Below, one piece after another: positions 1-10,644 of a stretch of 64,000 nt of DNA; the stretch's first letter is position 1, and every line of letters starts with the position of its first letter. The stretch comes from Thermofilaceae archaeon (GTDB lineage Archaea; Thermoproteota; Thermoprotei; Thermofilales; Thermofilaceae), in contig JAVYWK010000004.1 of assembly GCA_038727095.1 (NCBI GenBank), positions 1 through 64,000 on the forward strand, read 5' to 3'. A program made the translations under genes and the position numbers. The notes below the pieces were generated by a model. That model was not told where the DNA came from, did no database searches, and worked only from the letters and a program-made list of their open reading frames with translations.

Positions 1-1
1 A

Positions 2-28
2 TATAGCAATGCTATAGCATGGTATAGT
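2..28. promoter_or_regulatory. Palindromic operator-like site upstream of wHTH-MNT
   Basis: TATAGCA-A-TGCTATA (2-16) overlaps the perfect palindrome ATGCTATAGCAT (9-20). TATAG recurs at 10-11 bp spacing just before the ATG at 29. Confidence 0.5.
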
Positions 29-787
29 ATGGCTTCACTGGTGGACGAGCACTCATTGAGGCTGCTCAAAGCGATAAAGGAGACTGGAAGAGCGAGATTT
101 AAGGATTTGAGAGCTTTCGTCCCGAACCCGAGGACTCTTTCCGCGAAGCTGAAGCTGCTCAGCGAGCTGGGCCTCGTCGAAAGGGATGGGCCGTCGTACT
201 CCCTGACCCAGCTGGGCGAGAAAGCTGTGGAGAAGCTGACCGAGGTTGAGGAATTGCTCCGCGGTCGCCCGAAGATCCAGAACGTCGAGAGGATACCGCA
301 CGCTTACTACGCCCCACTCATCAAGAGGTTCTGCGAGAAGCTCTACGAAGTGTTTGGAGATAGGCTCGTGAGCGTCGTCCTCTTCGGTTCGATAGCGAGG
401 GGGAACTGGAGCAAGGACAGCGACATAGACCTCCTCGTGGTCGCTGAAGGCTGGGAGAGTAAGCCAGTCTGGGAGAGGCTGAGGGAGCTCCGAAAAGCGG
501 AGAAGGGACTTGAGGCGAGCCCCGAGTACCTGAGGGCTATCGAGGCTGGCTACACGCCTGTAATTCAACCGTACCCGCTATCCAAGGACGAAGCAAGGAA
601 GTTCCACACGTTTTACCTGGACTTGGTACTGGAGGGTATCGTGCTCTACGACAAAGAGTCCTTCATGGCAGAAGTGCTACGCTCCGTTAAGCGGAGGCTT
701 GAAAAGGCGGGAGCGGTGAGAGTCACGCTGCCGAGCGGGCAGTACTACTGGATCCTCGGTGAGGAGAAGGTGATAAAGCTTGAGTAA
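29..787 (+). CDS. wHTH-fused minimal nucleotidyltransferase (MNT) antitoxin
   Basis: N-terminal HxlR-like wHTH (RFKDL..NPRTLSAKLKLL..GLV) and MNT motif LFGSIARG..SDIDLLVV. Overlaps the HEPN gene. Confidence 0.85.
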   Translation: MASLVDEHSLRLLKAIKETGRARFKDLRAFVPNPRTLSAKLKLLSELGLVERDGPSYSLTQLGEKAVEKLTEVEELLRGRPKIQNVERIPHAYYAPLIKRFCEKLYEVFGDRLVSVVLFGSIARGNWSKDSDIDLLVVAEGWESKPVWERLRELRKAEKGLEASPEYLRAIEAGYTPVIQPYPLSKDEARKFHTFYLDLVLEGIVLYDKESFMAEVLRSVKRRLEKAGAVRVTLPSGQYYWILGEEKVIKLE

Positions 788-1223
788 TGCCACGACCCTC
801 GACCTCGCAAGAGCAGCGCTCAGGAGGGCAAAAAGGTGGCTTCAGGGAGCGAGGAGAGCATTAGAGGACGGGAGGTGGGACGATGCAGTTTACGCCTCGC
901 AGATGGCTGTTGAACACTCTGCGAAGGGGGTACTCATCGCCCTCGGAATCGAGTTCCCGAAAGTTCACGACGTTAGCCCGGTCCTCAGACTCCTTCCCTC
1001 CAGGAGAGAGCTACCACGGTGGTTCACCTCGCAGCTCGAGGAGTTTGCCGAGGATGTATCAGAGCTAGCCAGGCTGAGAACGATAGCAAGCTACGGCTAC
1101 GAGATGAGAGTGGATGAAAGCTACTTTAAGGACTACGCGCCCATGGCTCTCAAGAAAGCAGAGAAGCACTACACTACCTGCGTCAACCTCCTTAAGGAGG
1201 TCTTCGGCGTCGAAATCGAATAA
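780..1223 (+). CDS. HEPN domain protein (MNT-HEPN partner)
   Basis: AVYASQMAVEHSAKG, KVHDV, RTIASY; 147 aa and helical. Confidence 0.85.
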   Translation: MSNATTLDLARAALRRAKRWLQGARRALEDGRWDDAVYASQMAVEHSAKGVLIALGIEFPKVHDVSPVLRLLPSRRELPRWFTSQLEEFAEDVSELARLRTIASYGYEMRVDESYFKDYAPMALKKAEKHYTTCVNLLKEVFGVEIE

Positions 1224-1397
1224 GCTTCCCGCTTCGTCCACTCTACACGAGCTTGAGTAGAAGGCTGCTTGCGAAATGGAGGATAGCTTTAGCTTGAAGG
1301 AGCGGCTGCAATCAAACGGTGCTAAGGTGCTGCCGCTTCACTTTCAGTATTCTTTTAGGATTCTCGCACCACTAAGTATTTCTACAGCCGTGAGGAA

Positions 1398-2261
1398 TTG
1401 AGATCTGGTGGTTTTACGTCTAAGAGCGAGCACTTGGAAAATCTATACAGGTTGCTCCCCTGGGTTGAAGACCCTTCAACAGCTGAAGGCTTCAAAAGGT
1501 ATAGGAACACTCTTCCGGAGTTTGAAGCTCTCGTTAAGCACGAGTGGTTTAAGGAGCTGTTAGGTAAGAGGAGGGAGCTCAAGATAGTTGACCTCTGCAG
1601 CGGTACCGGCATCGGGGGCGTCGCCTTGGCCAAAGCCCTACTCGATCTGGGCGCAGCGGTCAGCCTAACATTAATCGACCTCCGCCGAGATGCTCTCGAG
1701 AAGGCTGTAAACTTCTGCTTAAAAGAGCTCGGTTTCAAACCCGAGGTTCTTGCGCGCGACGTTCTGGAGCCGTTGGAGCTTGAAGCTGAGCAGGATGTCG
1801 CGCTCGTGTGGGGTAGCACGACACCGCACTTTAACCCCTGGAACTGGATTAAGGTGCTTTCAAATGCATCGAGGCTTTTAGCGAGCGATGGGCTCTTCCT
1901 GTACGATGAGTATGATCGAATACACGCGATCTTCTACTTGACAGGGTACAAGGACCTGCTACCCGAGCGGGTTGAGAAAGGTAGGCTGATCGTATCAGCG
2001 CATAAGGATAAGGACTTCAAGTCAGGCTACATCACGCGGCTAGTCCTCAACCTCGCGAGCGGGGAAAACGAGGAAATGAAGGTGTACTTCTGGGACATAG
2101 CCTCCTCAGCCGCGTTCACTTGGCTCTTCTTCAGCGACGTGGACTTCATCCCCGCCAGGAGACCCTTCTCGGGCATCATCATAGCTAGGAACCCGAGGCG
2201 CGCTCTCAACCCGGAGAACCTGCTCAAAGAGGTACCATCGATAATTCGCGAGCAGTCTTGA
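1398..2261 (+). CDS. Class I SAM-dependent methyltransferase
   Basis: IVDLCSGTGIGG motif I, followed by an acidic strand (LIDLR). Confidence 0.8.
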   Translation: MRSGGFTSKSEHLENLYRLLPWVEDPSTAEGFKRYRNTLPEFEALVKHEWFKELLGKRRELKIVDLCSGTGIGGVALAKALLDLGAAVSLTLIDLRRDALEKAVNFCLKELGFKPEVLARDVLEPLELEAEQDVALVWGSTTPHFNPWNWIKVLSNASRLLASDGLFLYDEYDRIHAIFYLTGYKDLLPERVEKGRLIVSAHKDKDFKSGYITRLVLNLASGENEEMKVYFWDIASSAAFTWLFFSDVDFIPARRPFSGIIIARNPRRALNPENLLKEVPSIIREQS

Positions 2262-2425
2262 AGTAAACGAGCCCTACAGCACTCCTTAGAGTTGCAGCAA
2301 TGACCGGGCGAAGGGGTTTTCAGCGGCTCTGACGCCCATCACGAGCGAACGCCTTAAGAGGCTCAATCGGTTGCTGCCACGTTGGTGGCAATAGGTTTAA
2401 ACAGCTCGGCCCGCTCCTTCTCACA

Positions 2426-4072
2426 GTGGAGGTTCTCCGCTTAATCAAAGGGGGCTGCAGCATCCGCCTTTACGCAGCCATCCTCTCCATCGCGGTCTTA
2501 TCTTCAACCTCGAGCGCCTCCCCCTACGACGTATGCGGCGAATGGAGGAGCATCAACGAGCTCCAGGGTAGGAGCATCAACGACATCCTCGTGCATGCTT
2601 CAACGTTATTCGCTGCTACCGATGCAGGAGTCTACAAGTCGGAAGACGGTTTCGCTTGGCGATTAACAACCTTACGCCTCTCCGCTTACACTCTCTCCCA
2701 GTTTCAAGGAGGGCTTCTTGCAGGTACCCAGGATGGCGTCTACCTTTCACCCGATAAAGGCGCTACTTGGAGGCTGCTGGGGCTTAAAGGGAAACGCGTT
2801 ACCGCGTTGGCTGCTTCAGGTAGCGTGATCTACGCTGGCACCGATGATGGCGTCTACAGGATGGTGAGTGAAGGGGTTTGGGAGGTCACATCGTTGAGCG
2901 GATCAGTAAAGTCGCTGGCTGCGGATCCAACGAACCCGAATCGCGTTTTCGCAGGCACCGGTAGCGGGGTGCTCCAGGGAGACCTGGGAGATCTCTACTT
3001 CTCGGCTGACGGCGGTGCCAGCTGGTCCCGCCTATGGTTTAGCAATACAACCTTCCTTACGCTGCTGGCTGCGGGATTCCCCCTCTACTACGAAGTAACA
3101 TCCATAACCTTCAACCCATGTAACGCGAGCGAGGTTTACGCTGGCACCTTCTTCATTTACACGATCCTTGCCGTGCTCCCGAGGAAAGCCGGCGCGCTTC
3201 ACGTATCGCGCGACTACGGCAGCTCATGGGAGTCCATGGGCCCAGGTTTAAACTGCGTATTCGACATAAGCGTTAGCGAGGATTGCAGAATACTAACTCT
3301 AGGGACCGATAACGGGGTTTACATTTCGGATGATGGAGGGCGCTCGTGGCATCACCTTGGCCCAGCGAATGAGACAGTGACGGCGGTGGGATCCTACGGT
3401 GCCAGAGTGTACGCTGGCACTTCTTCAGGCCTCCTCGCGTTTCACCGCATAATCTACCCCACGAAGATGAGCCTCAAGGTTGAGCCTACTTGGATCCCTC
3501 TCGCCGGAGGCGAGGTGCGTTTATCCGGAAATCTCACAAGCCTGGAGAAGGGTTTACCGTTTAAGAGCCTCAAGATTCTCTTCAATGGAGTGAAAATCGG
3601 GTCTTGCCGCACTAATGCGTTCGGAGGCTACGACTGCACGATACGTTGGCCGGAAGCGAGAGCGGAAACCGTCAACCTGACGCTGCTGTACCCTGGCGAC
3701 CCATGCTACGAGGCAACCCGTGCATCACGGATGTTCCACCTCGTCAACGTAACCACAGCTTACGGGAGCGCGATGGGAGCCGGCTGGTACGAGGAGGGTA
3801 GTAGGGCAACTATAAGGGTAGTCGAAACGGTTGTGAGAGAAGGCTTCACCGAATACATCTTCAAGGGGTGGAGAATCCAAGGCGCCATTGTATCGTCGGA
3901 ACCCACGCTCACGATAACCGTTGAAAAACCAGTGAAAGTTGAGGCTGTATGGGAGCAAAGGTTAACCGCCCTAGCGATAGCCATTATCGTGGTTGCTGTT
4001 GCATCCCTTCTGCTCGCCGTAATGCTGATAGCTAAAGAAAAGCGGGGAAAGAGCTCTAGCGTACGGGCATAA
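2426..4072 (+). CDS. Secreted beta-propeller (BNR/Asp-box) protein with Ig-like domains and C-terminal membrane anchor
   Basis: Signal peptide; repeated SxDxGxxW (SPDKGATW, SADGGASW, SRDYGSSW, SDDGGRSW); GWYEEG repeat; C-terminal TM helix plus basic tail. Confidence 0.8.
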   Translation: MEVLRLIKGGCSIRLYAAILSIAVLSSTSSASPYDVCGEWRSINELQGRSINDILVHASTLFAATDAGVYKSEDGFAWRLTTLRLSAYTLSQFQGGLLAGTQDGVYLSPDKGATWRLLGLKGKRVTALAASGSVIYAGTDDGVYRMVSEGVWEVTSLSGSVKSLAADPTNPNRVFAGTGSGVLQGDLGDLYFSADGGASWSRLWFSNTTFLTLLAAGFPLYYEVTSITFNPCNASEVYAGTFFIYTILAVLPRKAGALHVSRDYGSSWESMGPGLNCVFDISVSEDCRILTLGTDNGVYISDDGGRSWHHLGPANETVTAVGSYGARVYAGTSSGLLAFHRIIYPTKMSLKVEPTWIPLAGGEVRLSGNLTSLEKGLPFKSLKILFNGVKIGSCRTNAFGGYDCTIRWPEARAETVNLTLLYPGDPCYEATRASRMFHLVNVTTAYGSAMGAGWYEEGSRATIRVVETVVREGFTEYIFKGWRIQGAIVSSEPTLTITVEKPVKVEAVWEQRLTALAIAIIVVAVASLLLAVMLIAKEKRGKSSSVRA

Positions 4073-4142
4073 AGCCTATTAACGTAAACTTTCTGAGCCG
4101 CTGCTTTCAATTTCTACCAGTTTATGGCCTCGGCGCTATCTG

Positions 4143-4844
4143 CTAAGCCGCACCTTCAACGATTCTTTTCTTGAGCTTCTCGTACTCCTCCTTCGTTATC
4201 AAACCTTCATCCAGCAGCCGCTTCAACTTGAGCAACTCGTCCGCTATCGAGGGCTTTGAAGGAGCAGGAACCTCCTCAGCCCCTTTACCTGCCATCCTCT
4301 CCACTGCTGAAGCTATCCGTTGCTGCTGGAACGCCTCTCTCCAGGCTACAAGCCCCTTCATGATGATTTCCCGCACTGAGACCGGGGATCTAATATCGAG
4401 GAAGGCGTTGCTAGCCGTCCTCCTCACGCGCGGCTTGCCGGTTGCGACAACCACGCCCCTACCAACGCCCGTGTACGTGTAACCGATTTCGTAGCCGGTC
4501 GTTGTCACAAAGACTAGGCTTCCACAGTCGAACGCGCGGGCCAGCAACCCCTGCTGCACATGAACGTCCTGGATCTTGTCCAGCGTGATCTCCCGCTGGT
4601 AGGTTCCAAACACCCAGCTCCTCGATACTAGAACGCTGTTGGGCGTAACGTAGTACGTGTGAGCGTTCTTCCAGTAGTAGTAGAAGGCGAAAAACAGCGG
4701 GGCTGAAACCACGTAGAGCAGGAAGAGCGGAAGCGCAACCAACCAAAGCGGGATGAAGAGAACCGTGAACAGCGTAAAGAGTAGAAGGAACTTTACCACA
4801 GTCTTCCTCATGTAAGGCTTACCACTCCAAACAACCTCTCTCAA
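4143..4844 (-). CDS. Membrane protein with bacterial PH domain and C-terminal SHOCT
   Basis: Two TM helices; ITLDKIQDVHVQQGLLARAFDCG; ELLKLKRLLDEGLITKEEYEKLK. Confidence 0.8.
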   Translation of the reverse strand: MREVVWSGKPYMRKTVVKFLLLFTLFTVLFIPLWLVALPLFLLYVVSAPLFFAFYYYWKNAHTYYVTPNSVLVSRSWVFGTYQREITLDKIQDVHVQQGLLARAFDCGSLVFVTTTGYEIGYTYTGVGRGVVVATGKPRVRRTASNAFLDIRSPVSVREIIMKGLVAWREAFQQQRIASAVERMAGKGAEEVPAPSKPSIADELLKLKRLLDEGLITKEEYEKLKKRIVEGAA

Positions 4845-4958
4845 AGCCCCCCATTTTCACAGGCGTTTAAGCATTTAACCGTTACGCCGCTGAGATTGGG
4901 CACACCGCTCAGCGGTACAGCTGGCATCGTTCTATGCCCAGCTTCCAGCCGGGTAGGC

Positions 4959-5498
4959 TTACGCAGCGGGCTTCTCGGTTGAAGGCGCTGGCCCAAACAC
5001 CTCAGCGATGAGCGGCTTCACCAGCTCCTCCAGAGCTTCGTCAGGCCAACCGTACCAGGCAAGCTTCCCCTCCTTAATCACCGCAAACTCCGCGTGCTGG
5101 GTTTCAACCCCCAGCTTGAAGTACCAGTAGCCGAGCAGTGCCACTGGTAGGGCGGCTTCAGGGAGCTTGCTCCTCAACCTGTACACCGCGCCAAACCTCA
5201 TCAATCTGTTCACGTAGGTGAACCCTTCCCCCTCAACGATGATGATCCCCTCAGCCTGCTTCTCCAGCTCCAACCCGGATAGAACGCGCTCCAGCTCGCT
5301 CTCGGGCAACCGCTCCACCTCATCTACAGAGTCGGCGAGATCGCTCAGCAGCTTCAAGGAGAGGAGCTCCTCCACCGCCGCCTTGACAACATCCGTCAGC
5401 TTCTCCGCCAGCTCCTCCTCGTTTAAACCGTAATGGCCAGCTAGGATCGCAGCCAGCTCATGGATCAACTCCACCGCGGAAGCCATAGCCATCAACAA
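4959..5498 (-). CDS. Hypothetical protein
   Basis: 179-aa ORF with typical codon usage and no recognised motif. Confidence 0.6.
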   Translation of the reverse strand: MLMAMASAVELIHELAAILAGHYGLNEEELAEKLTDVVKAAVEELLSLKLLSDLADSVDEVERLPESELERVLSGLELEKQAEGIIIVEGEGFTYVNRLMRFGAVYRLRSKLPEAALPVALLGYWYFKLGVETQHAEFAVIKEGKLAWYGWPDEALEELVKPLIAEVFGPAPSTEKPAA

Positions 5499-5718
5499 CG
5501 CCTAACATAGGCTCCTTAAGAGTCGCTCGCGTAACCCCATCTCCAGCTCAAGAGCGCTCGTGGCGCAACGATCCAGGGAGTTACCGAGGACCGGCAACCT
5601 CCAGCACCCGCTCAGATTCCGCACGTTGACTGGGATGCACTGTTCACCAGCGGCACGGGCGTATCCGAACCGCTCGAGGTGGTAGCGTAAAGCGGATTTA
5701 CCGCCAAATGCCCAGTAG

Positions 5719-6666
5719 GTGATGCAACTCTTGGCTTCCCCGAAGGAGAACCTTCTCGCAGCCTTGAGGCACGAGGAGCCCGAGTGGCTCCCCTGCCCAA
5801 TGTTTGACGGCTCCCTTGTCATTGTGAGCCACGGGCTGGTGGAGCACTGCCTGGAGGGGAGGGACGCTTGGGGGGTTGTCTGGGTGCTCCGCGACGAGCG
5901 GTCAGGCAGCTTCCCCGAGTTTCACCCGTTAAGGGACCCGGAGGCGATCGACGACTACCCGTTCCCCTCCCCCGAGCGCGCAGACCTTCGCGAAGCCCTT
6001 AGGATCGCGAGGGAGGCCGATAGGAGGGTGGTTTTGTTGGCCGGCGACAACGGGTGGGGTTTGTTCGAAAGGGCTTGGCTGCTGGTGGGTATGGAGAGGC
6101 TGTTCGTCTGGTCCTACAGGTACCCCGACGCCGTCAAGAGGCTCATCGAGAGGGTAGCTGAAGCGAAGGTTGGGCTCACCCGTAGGCTGGCTGAGGAAGC
6201 TGGAGTGGAGATGGTCCTCTACGGGGACGATTGGGGGATGAACGATAGGCTCCTCTTCCCGGTTCGCTGGTGGAGGGAGTTCATCAAGCCCTGGCAAGCT
6301 AAGCTCTACAAGGTGGCCAAGCAGTACGGGCTCATCGTCTACCAGCACAGCGACGGCCGCGTCGAGGACCTCCTGCCCGACCTCGCAGAGATGGGGGTCG
6401 ACGTCGTCAACATACAGCCCGAGTGCAACAACTGGCCGAAAGTGAAGAGAGTGTTCGCTCGAAGGCTGGCGCTGTGGGGAGGCGTCAGCGCGCGAACCCT
6501 CGACCTAGGCACTCCAGCGGACGTGGACAGGGAGGTCAAAGCGGTCGCAGAGCTGGGGCGCGAGGGCGGCGTTGTGCTCGCCCCAGGCCACAGCATGAAG
6601 TTCCCACCCGAGAACCTGAACGCGATGAAGCAGGCGTGGCTCAAGTACGGGAGGTACAAGCGCTAG
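5719..6666 (+). CDS. Uroporphyrinogen decarboxylase / MtaA-CmuA family protein
   Basis: YGDDWG, HSDG, LWGGVS, APGHS motifs. Confidence 0.85.
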   Translation: MMQLLASPKENLLAALRHEEPEWLPCPMFDGSLVIVSHGLVEHCLEGRDAWGVVWVLRDERSGSFPEFHPLRDPEAIDDYPFPSPERADLREALRIAREADRRVVLLAGDNGWGLFERAWLLVGMERLFVWSYRYPDAVKRLIERVAEAKVGLTRRLAEEAGVEMVLYGDDWGMNDRLLFPVRWWREFIKPWQAKLYKVAKQYGLIVYQHSDGRVEDLLPDLAEMGVDVVNIQPECNNWPKVKRVFARRLALWGGVSARTLDLGTPADVDREVKAVAELGREGGVVLAPGHSMKFPPENLNAMKQAWLKYGRYKR

Positions 6667-7343
6667 ATCGGAACCGGTTGCAGGAGCAGACGCGTACGCG
6701 CTTATAGGAGCTCCAGCGAAGCTGATGTCAGCGGCTCCGCCCCCACTAAGCTCGGCGTGTTCAATAGCGCGGTGGTTGGGGCTAACGAGCTCCTGGGCGA
6801 ACCGGGACACTTCGCCTCTTCATGAAAGCCCTCTCCGCCGCGGGTTGCACGCCTTGAAGAAGCTCGTTCTTCACAACAGTGGAGCTACCGGACAGCGCCA
6901 CTCACACACCTGCAACGCTGTTTAGATGGTTTCATCAGAGTTCGAGGCATACTAGACCCCTCTGAGACTGTAACTGGAACCTCTATCGCGGGTGCGTACC
7001 GCGATACTCCTCTGTCCTACCGCGAGCCGGTTAACCTCACACGGGTGATTTCGCTCCACGCGGCTATGCGAGGAAGGATCGCACGCTTGAGAGCGACGTA
7101 AACGTCATGCGCGAGCACTTCAGGGAATGAGGTACGCAGGCAGGGTCGCGCTCGTAAGGCGAAGCTGCCGTAGTAGTTGGGCTTCGGCATCATCGCTCTA
7201 GCGCCCAGGAGTTCAGCAAAGAGCAGAGCAGCCTCCTTCAAAAAATCTAGAATAGTGGTTCGAGGTCGAACCGTAGCGCTCCGCTAGAAGAGCTGGCTGC
7301 AGCGCTTCAGCCGGTTGCTAGAGGCTGCCACTTACACCATTCT

Positions 7344-7727
7344 TTAGACTCCCGGGGGTTGTGCGCCGGGGTGTAGCTCCAAGCCGAAGGGTTTGAAGCG
7401 CTCAAAATGCTTAGTGTTCCTCGTGAGCAGGGGCAGCTTCTTAACTATCGCTACCGCAGCAACTAAGAGGTCTCTATCGTCCACCAGGAGGCCGGCGCTA
7501 CGCAGCCGCCTCCAGATTTCCGCCACTCTCTCGATGATCTCGTTGTCGTGGTAGATTACGGTGAACTCCTCCTCGAGAAGCTTCTTCGCCTCAGCAGGAT
7601 CTCTAGTACCTCGAGTGAACTCGTAGAGCGTGATCTCCGAGATGAACCACCGCCCCTCCGGCAGCTCCACCCGTCCCCTGACATAGTCGATCAGGTAGTC
7701 CGTGTCCACTAGTACTCGCGAGCCCAC
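7344..7727 (-). CDS. vapC: VapC PIN-domain toxin
   Basis: LVDTDYLID, ITLYE, DRDLLVAA, LLTRNTKHF. Confidence 0.9.
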   Translation of the reverse strand: MGSRVLVDTDYLIDYVRGRVELPEGRWFISEITLYEFTRGTRDPAEAKKLLEEEFTVIYHDNEIIERVAEIWRRLRSAGLLVDDRDLLVAAVAIVKKLPLLTRNTKHFERFKPFGLELHPGAQPPGV

Positions 7728-7918
7728 CCCCTCACCCTGACTTCCTCGAACTCCGCCTCAAGGAGCTCGCCCAACCTCTTCCTGACCCTCTCCCTCCTCT
7801 CCCTCAACATTTCCTCCGCTAGGCCGCGCAGGAACTCCTCCCACGTCTTACCCCCCTTCAACCTCTCGAGCAGCTCCTTCGTCTCTGCAGAAACCGTAAT
7901 CGTCGTCACCCTACCCAT
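7709..7918 (-). CDS. vapB: VapB antitoxin (RHH-like)
   Basis: TTITVSAETKELLERLKG; overlaps vapC. Confidence 0.85.
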   Translation of the reverse strand: MGRVTTITVSAETKELLERLKGGKTWEEFLRGLAEEMLRERRERVRKRLGELLEAEFEEVRVRGWAREY

Positions 7919-8243
7919 GAGCCCAATTATCGCGCGTCAACACCTCATATAAGCATTACTGAACCATAGAAAATTAACTAGAGTTAATAATTAAAAGGGT
8001 ATTTGCAATTACGCGAGGACCCTGAACCCGAGTAGAAACTGCCATCCCCGAAGCTTCTCCGAAAACCTTCACGACATGAGAGCTCGTCTTTCATACTCCG
8101 TCCCACGAGCCCAATACAGCTTCATCCAGCTCAAGCCTGCATGCAGTTGTGGAGCCGAAAGCGTTCACAAGAGTGGCATACACAATATACCGTTAGAAAT
8201 TATACATGGCTGCAATATCTGATGCGAGCTTGTGCGAAGAACC

Positions 8244-8369
8244 ATGAGCGAGGTCGCCACTAGAGAAGAGGCAAAGCTTCAGAGCCGGGACATGGATAGG
8301 GTTAGGGAGGCCGCCCTGAGGATTGAGAAGCTGTCAAGGAGGATTAAGGAGTGGATCACCAGCTCTTAG
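8244..8369 (+). pseudogene. Truncated VapB-like fragment, copy of 10682-10792
   Basis: MSEVATREEAKLQSRDMDRVREAALRIEKLS; DNA closely matches 10682-10792. Confidence 0.65.
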
Positions 8370-8585
8370 CCGACTACGCTGCGCAGAAGCTTAACCCCAC
8401 GTTTCTTAAGCCAAGGAAAAGAAGTATTTTAGGTAAGAGTTAGGTTATTGTATTCCGAGCCTTTAGTTAAGCATCAGAGCTAAAGGTTATTTGATCCAAG
8501 CGGTTGAACTTGGCCTTCTCTACTCGGTGAGGTGGTTTCTGCGTAGAGCTAGAGCTTTACACTGATAGTCCTTTAGGTAGGAAAC

Positions 8586-8885
8586 GTGGAAAATTGGTAC
8601 AAACCTTATATGCTGGTAGATACTGGTTTAAGTGGGAGGATGAAGGTCAGGGTGGAGGTTAAAAAGGTGGATTCGCAGGGCCGCATTGTACTGCCTGCTG
8701 ACTGGCGCGAGTCCGAGATGGGTGGCAGCAGGGAGGTGTACGTCATCAAGGGGAGGGGCTACTTGAAGATAATTCCGAAGCGGAGGATTGATCTGACTGA
8801 GTATTTTGACAAGGTTGATTTGGGCGTGGAAGCGGTCGAGGACTGGGAGGAGTTCGAGAGGAAGATTCACGAGGCGAGCACATGA
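8586..8885 (+). CDS. AbrB/SpoVT-type antitoxin (true start probably 8640)
   Basis: KKVDSQGRIVLPADWR; ATGA overlap with the PIN gene. Confidence 0.85.
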   Translation: MENWYKPYMLVDTGLSGRMKVRVEVKKVDSQGRIVLPADWRESEMGGSREVYVIKGRGYLKIIPKRRIDLTEYFDKVDLGVEAVEDWEEFERKIHEAST

Positions 8886-9307
8886 GGTTTCTAGACGCAA
8901 ACGTCTTCATCTACGCGTACTACAAGCCTAAGAGGCAGCTCACCCAGAGGGAGAAGCAGATGAAGGATCTTGCTAAGAGGATACTCAGCGACGTATCGCA
9001 GGGCAGGGAGAGAGTTATAACGACGGTTGTCCACCTCTCCGAAGTCGTCAACATCCTCAAGCACGGTATGCCGGCGGAGGAGCTAGCTAAGTTGATCACC
9101 GGCTTACTCACGATGGAGAACGTCGAGGTGCGCGGAGTGTCCAGGGAGGACTACCTCGCAGCGGCCGAGCTAGGTAGAGAATTGCAACTCGACCCGAACG
9201 ATGCTCTCGCGATCGACGTGATGAGGGCGAGCGGCGTTACTGAGATCTACTCCTTCGATAGAGACTTCGACAAGATCGAAGGAATAACCAGGCTACCGAG
9301 AATCTGA
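8882..9307 (+). CDS. vapC: VapC PIN-domain toxin
   Basis: FLDANVFIY, HLSE, PNDAL, SFDRDFD. Confidence 0.9.
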   Translation: MRFLDANVFIYAYYKPKRQLTQREKQMKDLAKRILSDVSQGRERVITTVVHLSEVVNILKHGMPAEELAKLITGLLTMENVEVRGVSREDYLAAAELGRELQLDPNDALAIDVMRASGVTEIYSFDRDFDKIEGITRLPRI

Positions 9308-9764
9308 AGCAACCGTCAAAAACGAAAGGCGGTGAGCAAGAGCAAGTAGGGAGTCTTCAGCGAGCAAAGCCCGCACAACCCTGCCACCTTTTCATGCGCT
9401 ACCCGCACCCTCCATAGCTCCTACAAGGCCGCTTCAGAGCACACCCTGCACCAGCTCTGACCTCGTTCGAAAACCCCAAGTTTCACCCATGCAGGCGTTC
9501 TGCCCTTCAATCGATGAGCTAGAAAAACCGCTCAAGAGAGCCGAGGCAACTAAGATAAAGCACGGCATAGGAGCATCGACTCGCGCAGGTATCGTCGATC
9601 GACGCCCTCCAATACGTACCAAAAGGCTGTAGACAGGCTTTGCACGACTCGAAAGAGAGAGATCTTTTCGAGAGCGTAAATCGAGAGTGTAAAAACGCAT
9701 AAATCTACCCATTATGCTTTCCGGAACAGAGCTAGGATGAAGTCTGTGGCCATTCTTAACGAGC

Positions 9765-10391
9765 TTGCAGACCACTTTCGAAAGGTTGGAAGATAAGAGA
9801 AAGTTCGAGAAATCGTTGAGCAGCTTCACAGGTAAGTTTAGATCCGTATGGAAAGATGTTATGATCGATACTGGGTTTGTTCTAGAAGATGTCGTAGACC
9901 TGAGCTTAGAGGTTGTTTTCAAATCCTTGGCGAGTCTCGAGTCACAGTACGTTAACCGGGTAGAGCAGTTGATTAAGGAGGTTGACACCCTACCTGCAGA
10001 GCTTTCCAGAAGCTTCCATGAGCTGGGCGTTAAACTGAAGATGGGCATCGAGGTCCTCCTGAAAGCCATCCACCTGCTGTACCTCCACTCCCACGATACG
10101 TGGTTCCTCCACCTCAACATGCTCCTGTACGCCACGGCCAAATCGGACGGCACGAGGAAGCTGTACTGCCTAGCAGCTGTAGCACGCTTCCTGACCGGGC
10201 GAACGGAGGAGGCCCTCGCGCTGGCAGCGTACGCGGCCGAGCTTAGAGTGAGGAAGCCCAGCGTCGAACCCTGGAAGGACCCCGAGGCCTGGGCCAGGGC
10301 CCTCCGAGCCTCCTACTACCTCGGCGTGGGTGTGAAGGTCATCCGGGAGATCCTCTCCGAGTACGACTTCAAGGAGCACTTCGAGTGGTGA
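9765..10391 (+). CDS. Hypothetical helical protein upstream of a PIN fragment
   Basis: 208-aa ORF ending 4 bp before a PIN-like ORF. Confidence 0.55.
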   Translation: MQTTFERLEDKRKFEKSLSSFTGKFRSVWKDVMIDTGFVLEDVVDLSLEVVFKSLASLESQYVNRVEQLIKEVDTLPAELSRSFHELGVKLKMGIEVLLKAIHLLYLHSHDTWFLHLNMLLYATAKSDGTRKLYCLAAVARFLTGRTEEALALAAYAAELRVRKPSVEPWKDPEAWARALRASYYLGVGVKVIREILSEYDFKEHFEW

Positions 10392-10395
10392 GCAT

Positions 10396-10644
10396 GTGGA
10401 TTGCCGCCTCATAATCGATGCAAACCTCCTAGTGGACCACCTCGTCGAAACGAGTGCGGCACCAACCGCCCAGCTCGTAGAAACGCTTCTCCAAATGTCG
10501 ATGGAGGATAAGGTCACCATTCTACTTCCAGAACTCGTAATCGACATCGAATGCTCGAGTACAGAAGGTGAGAAAGACTACTGGAGAGCCCGTCACCAGG
10601 ATCTCATGGTATGGGCGAGGAAACTGAAGGGGGAGGATGGATAG
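10396..10644 (+). pseudogene. Truncated PIN-domain protein
   Basis: LIIDANLLVD and ILLPELVIDIE match the PIN N-terminus; only 82 aa. Confidence 0.5.

Noticed and set aside
7973-7988. ATTAACT-AG-AGTTAAT inverted repeat upstream of vapB
   Set aside because: Short and AT-rich, so it could arise by chance.
9434-10153. 239-aa minus-strand ORF
   Set aside because: Ser/Arg-rich antisense composition overlapping the more plausible plus-strand gene.
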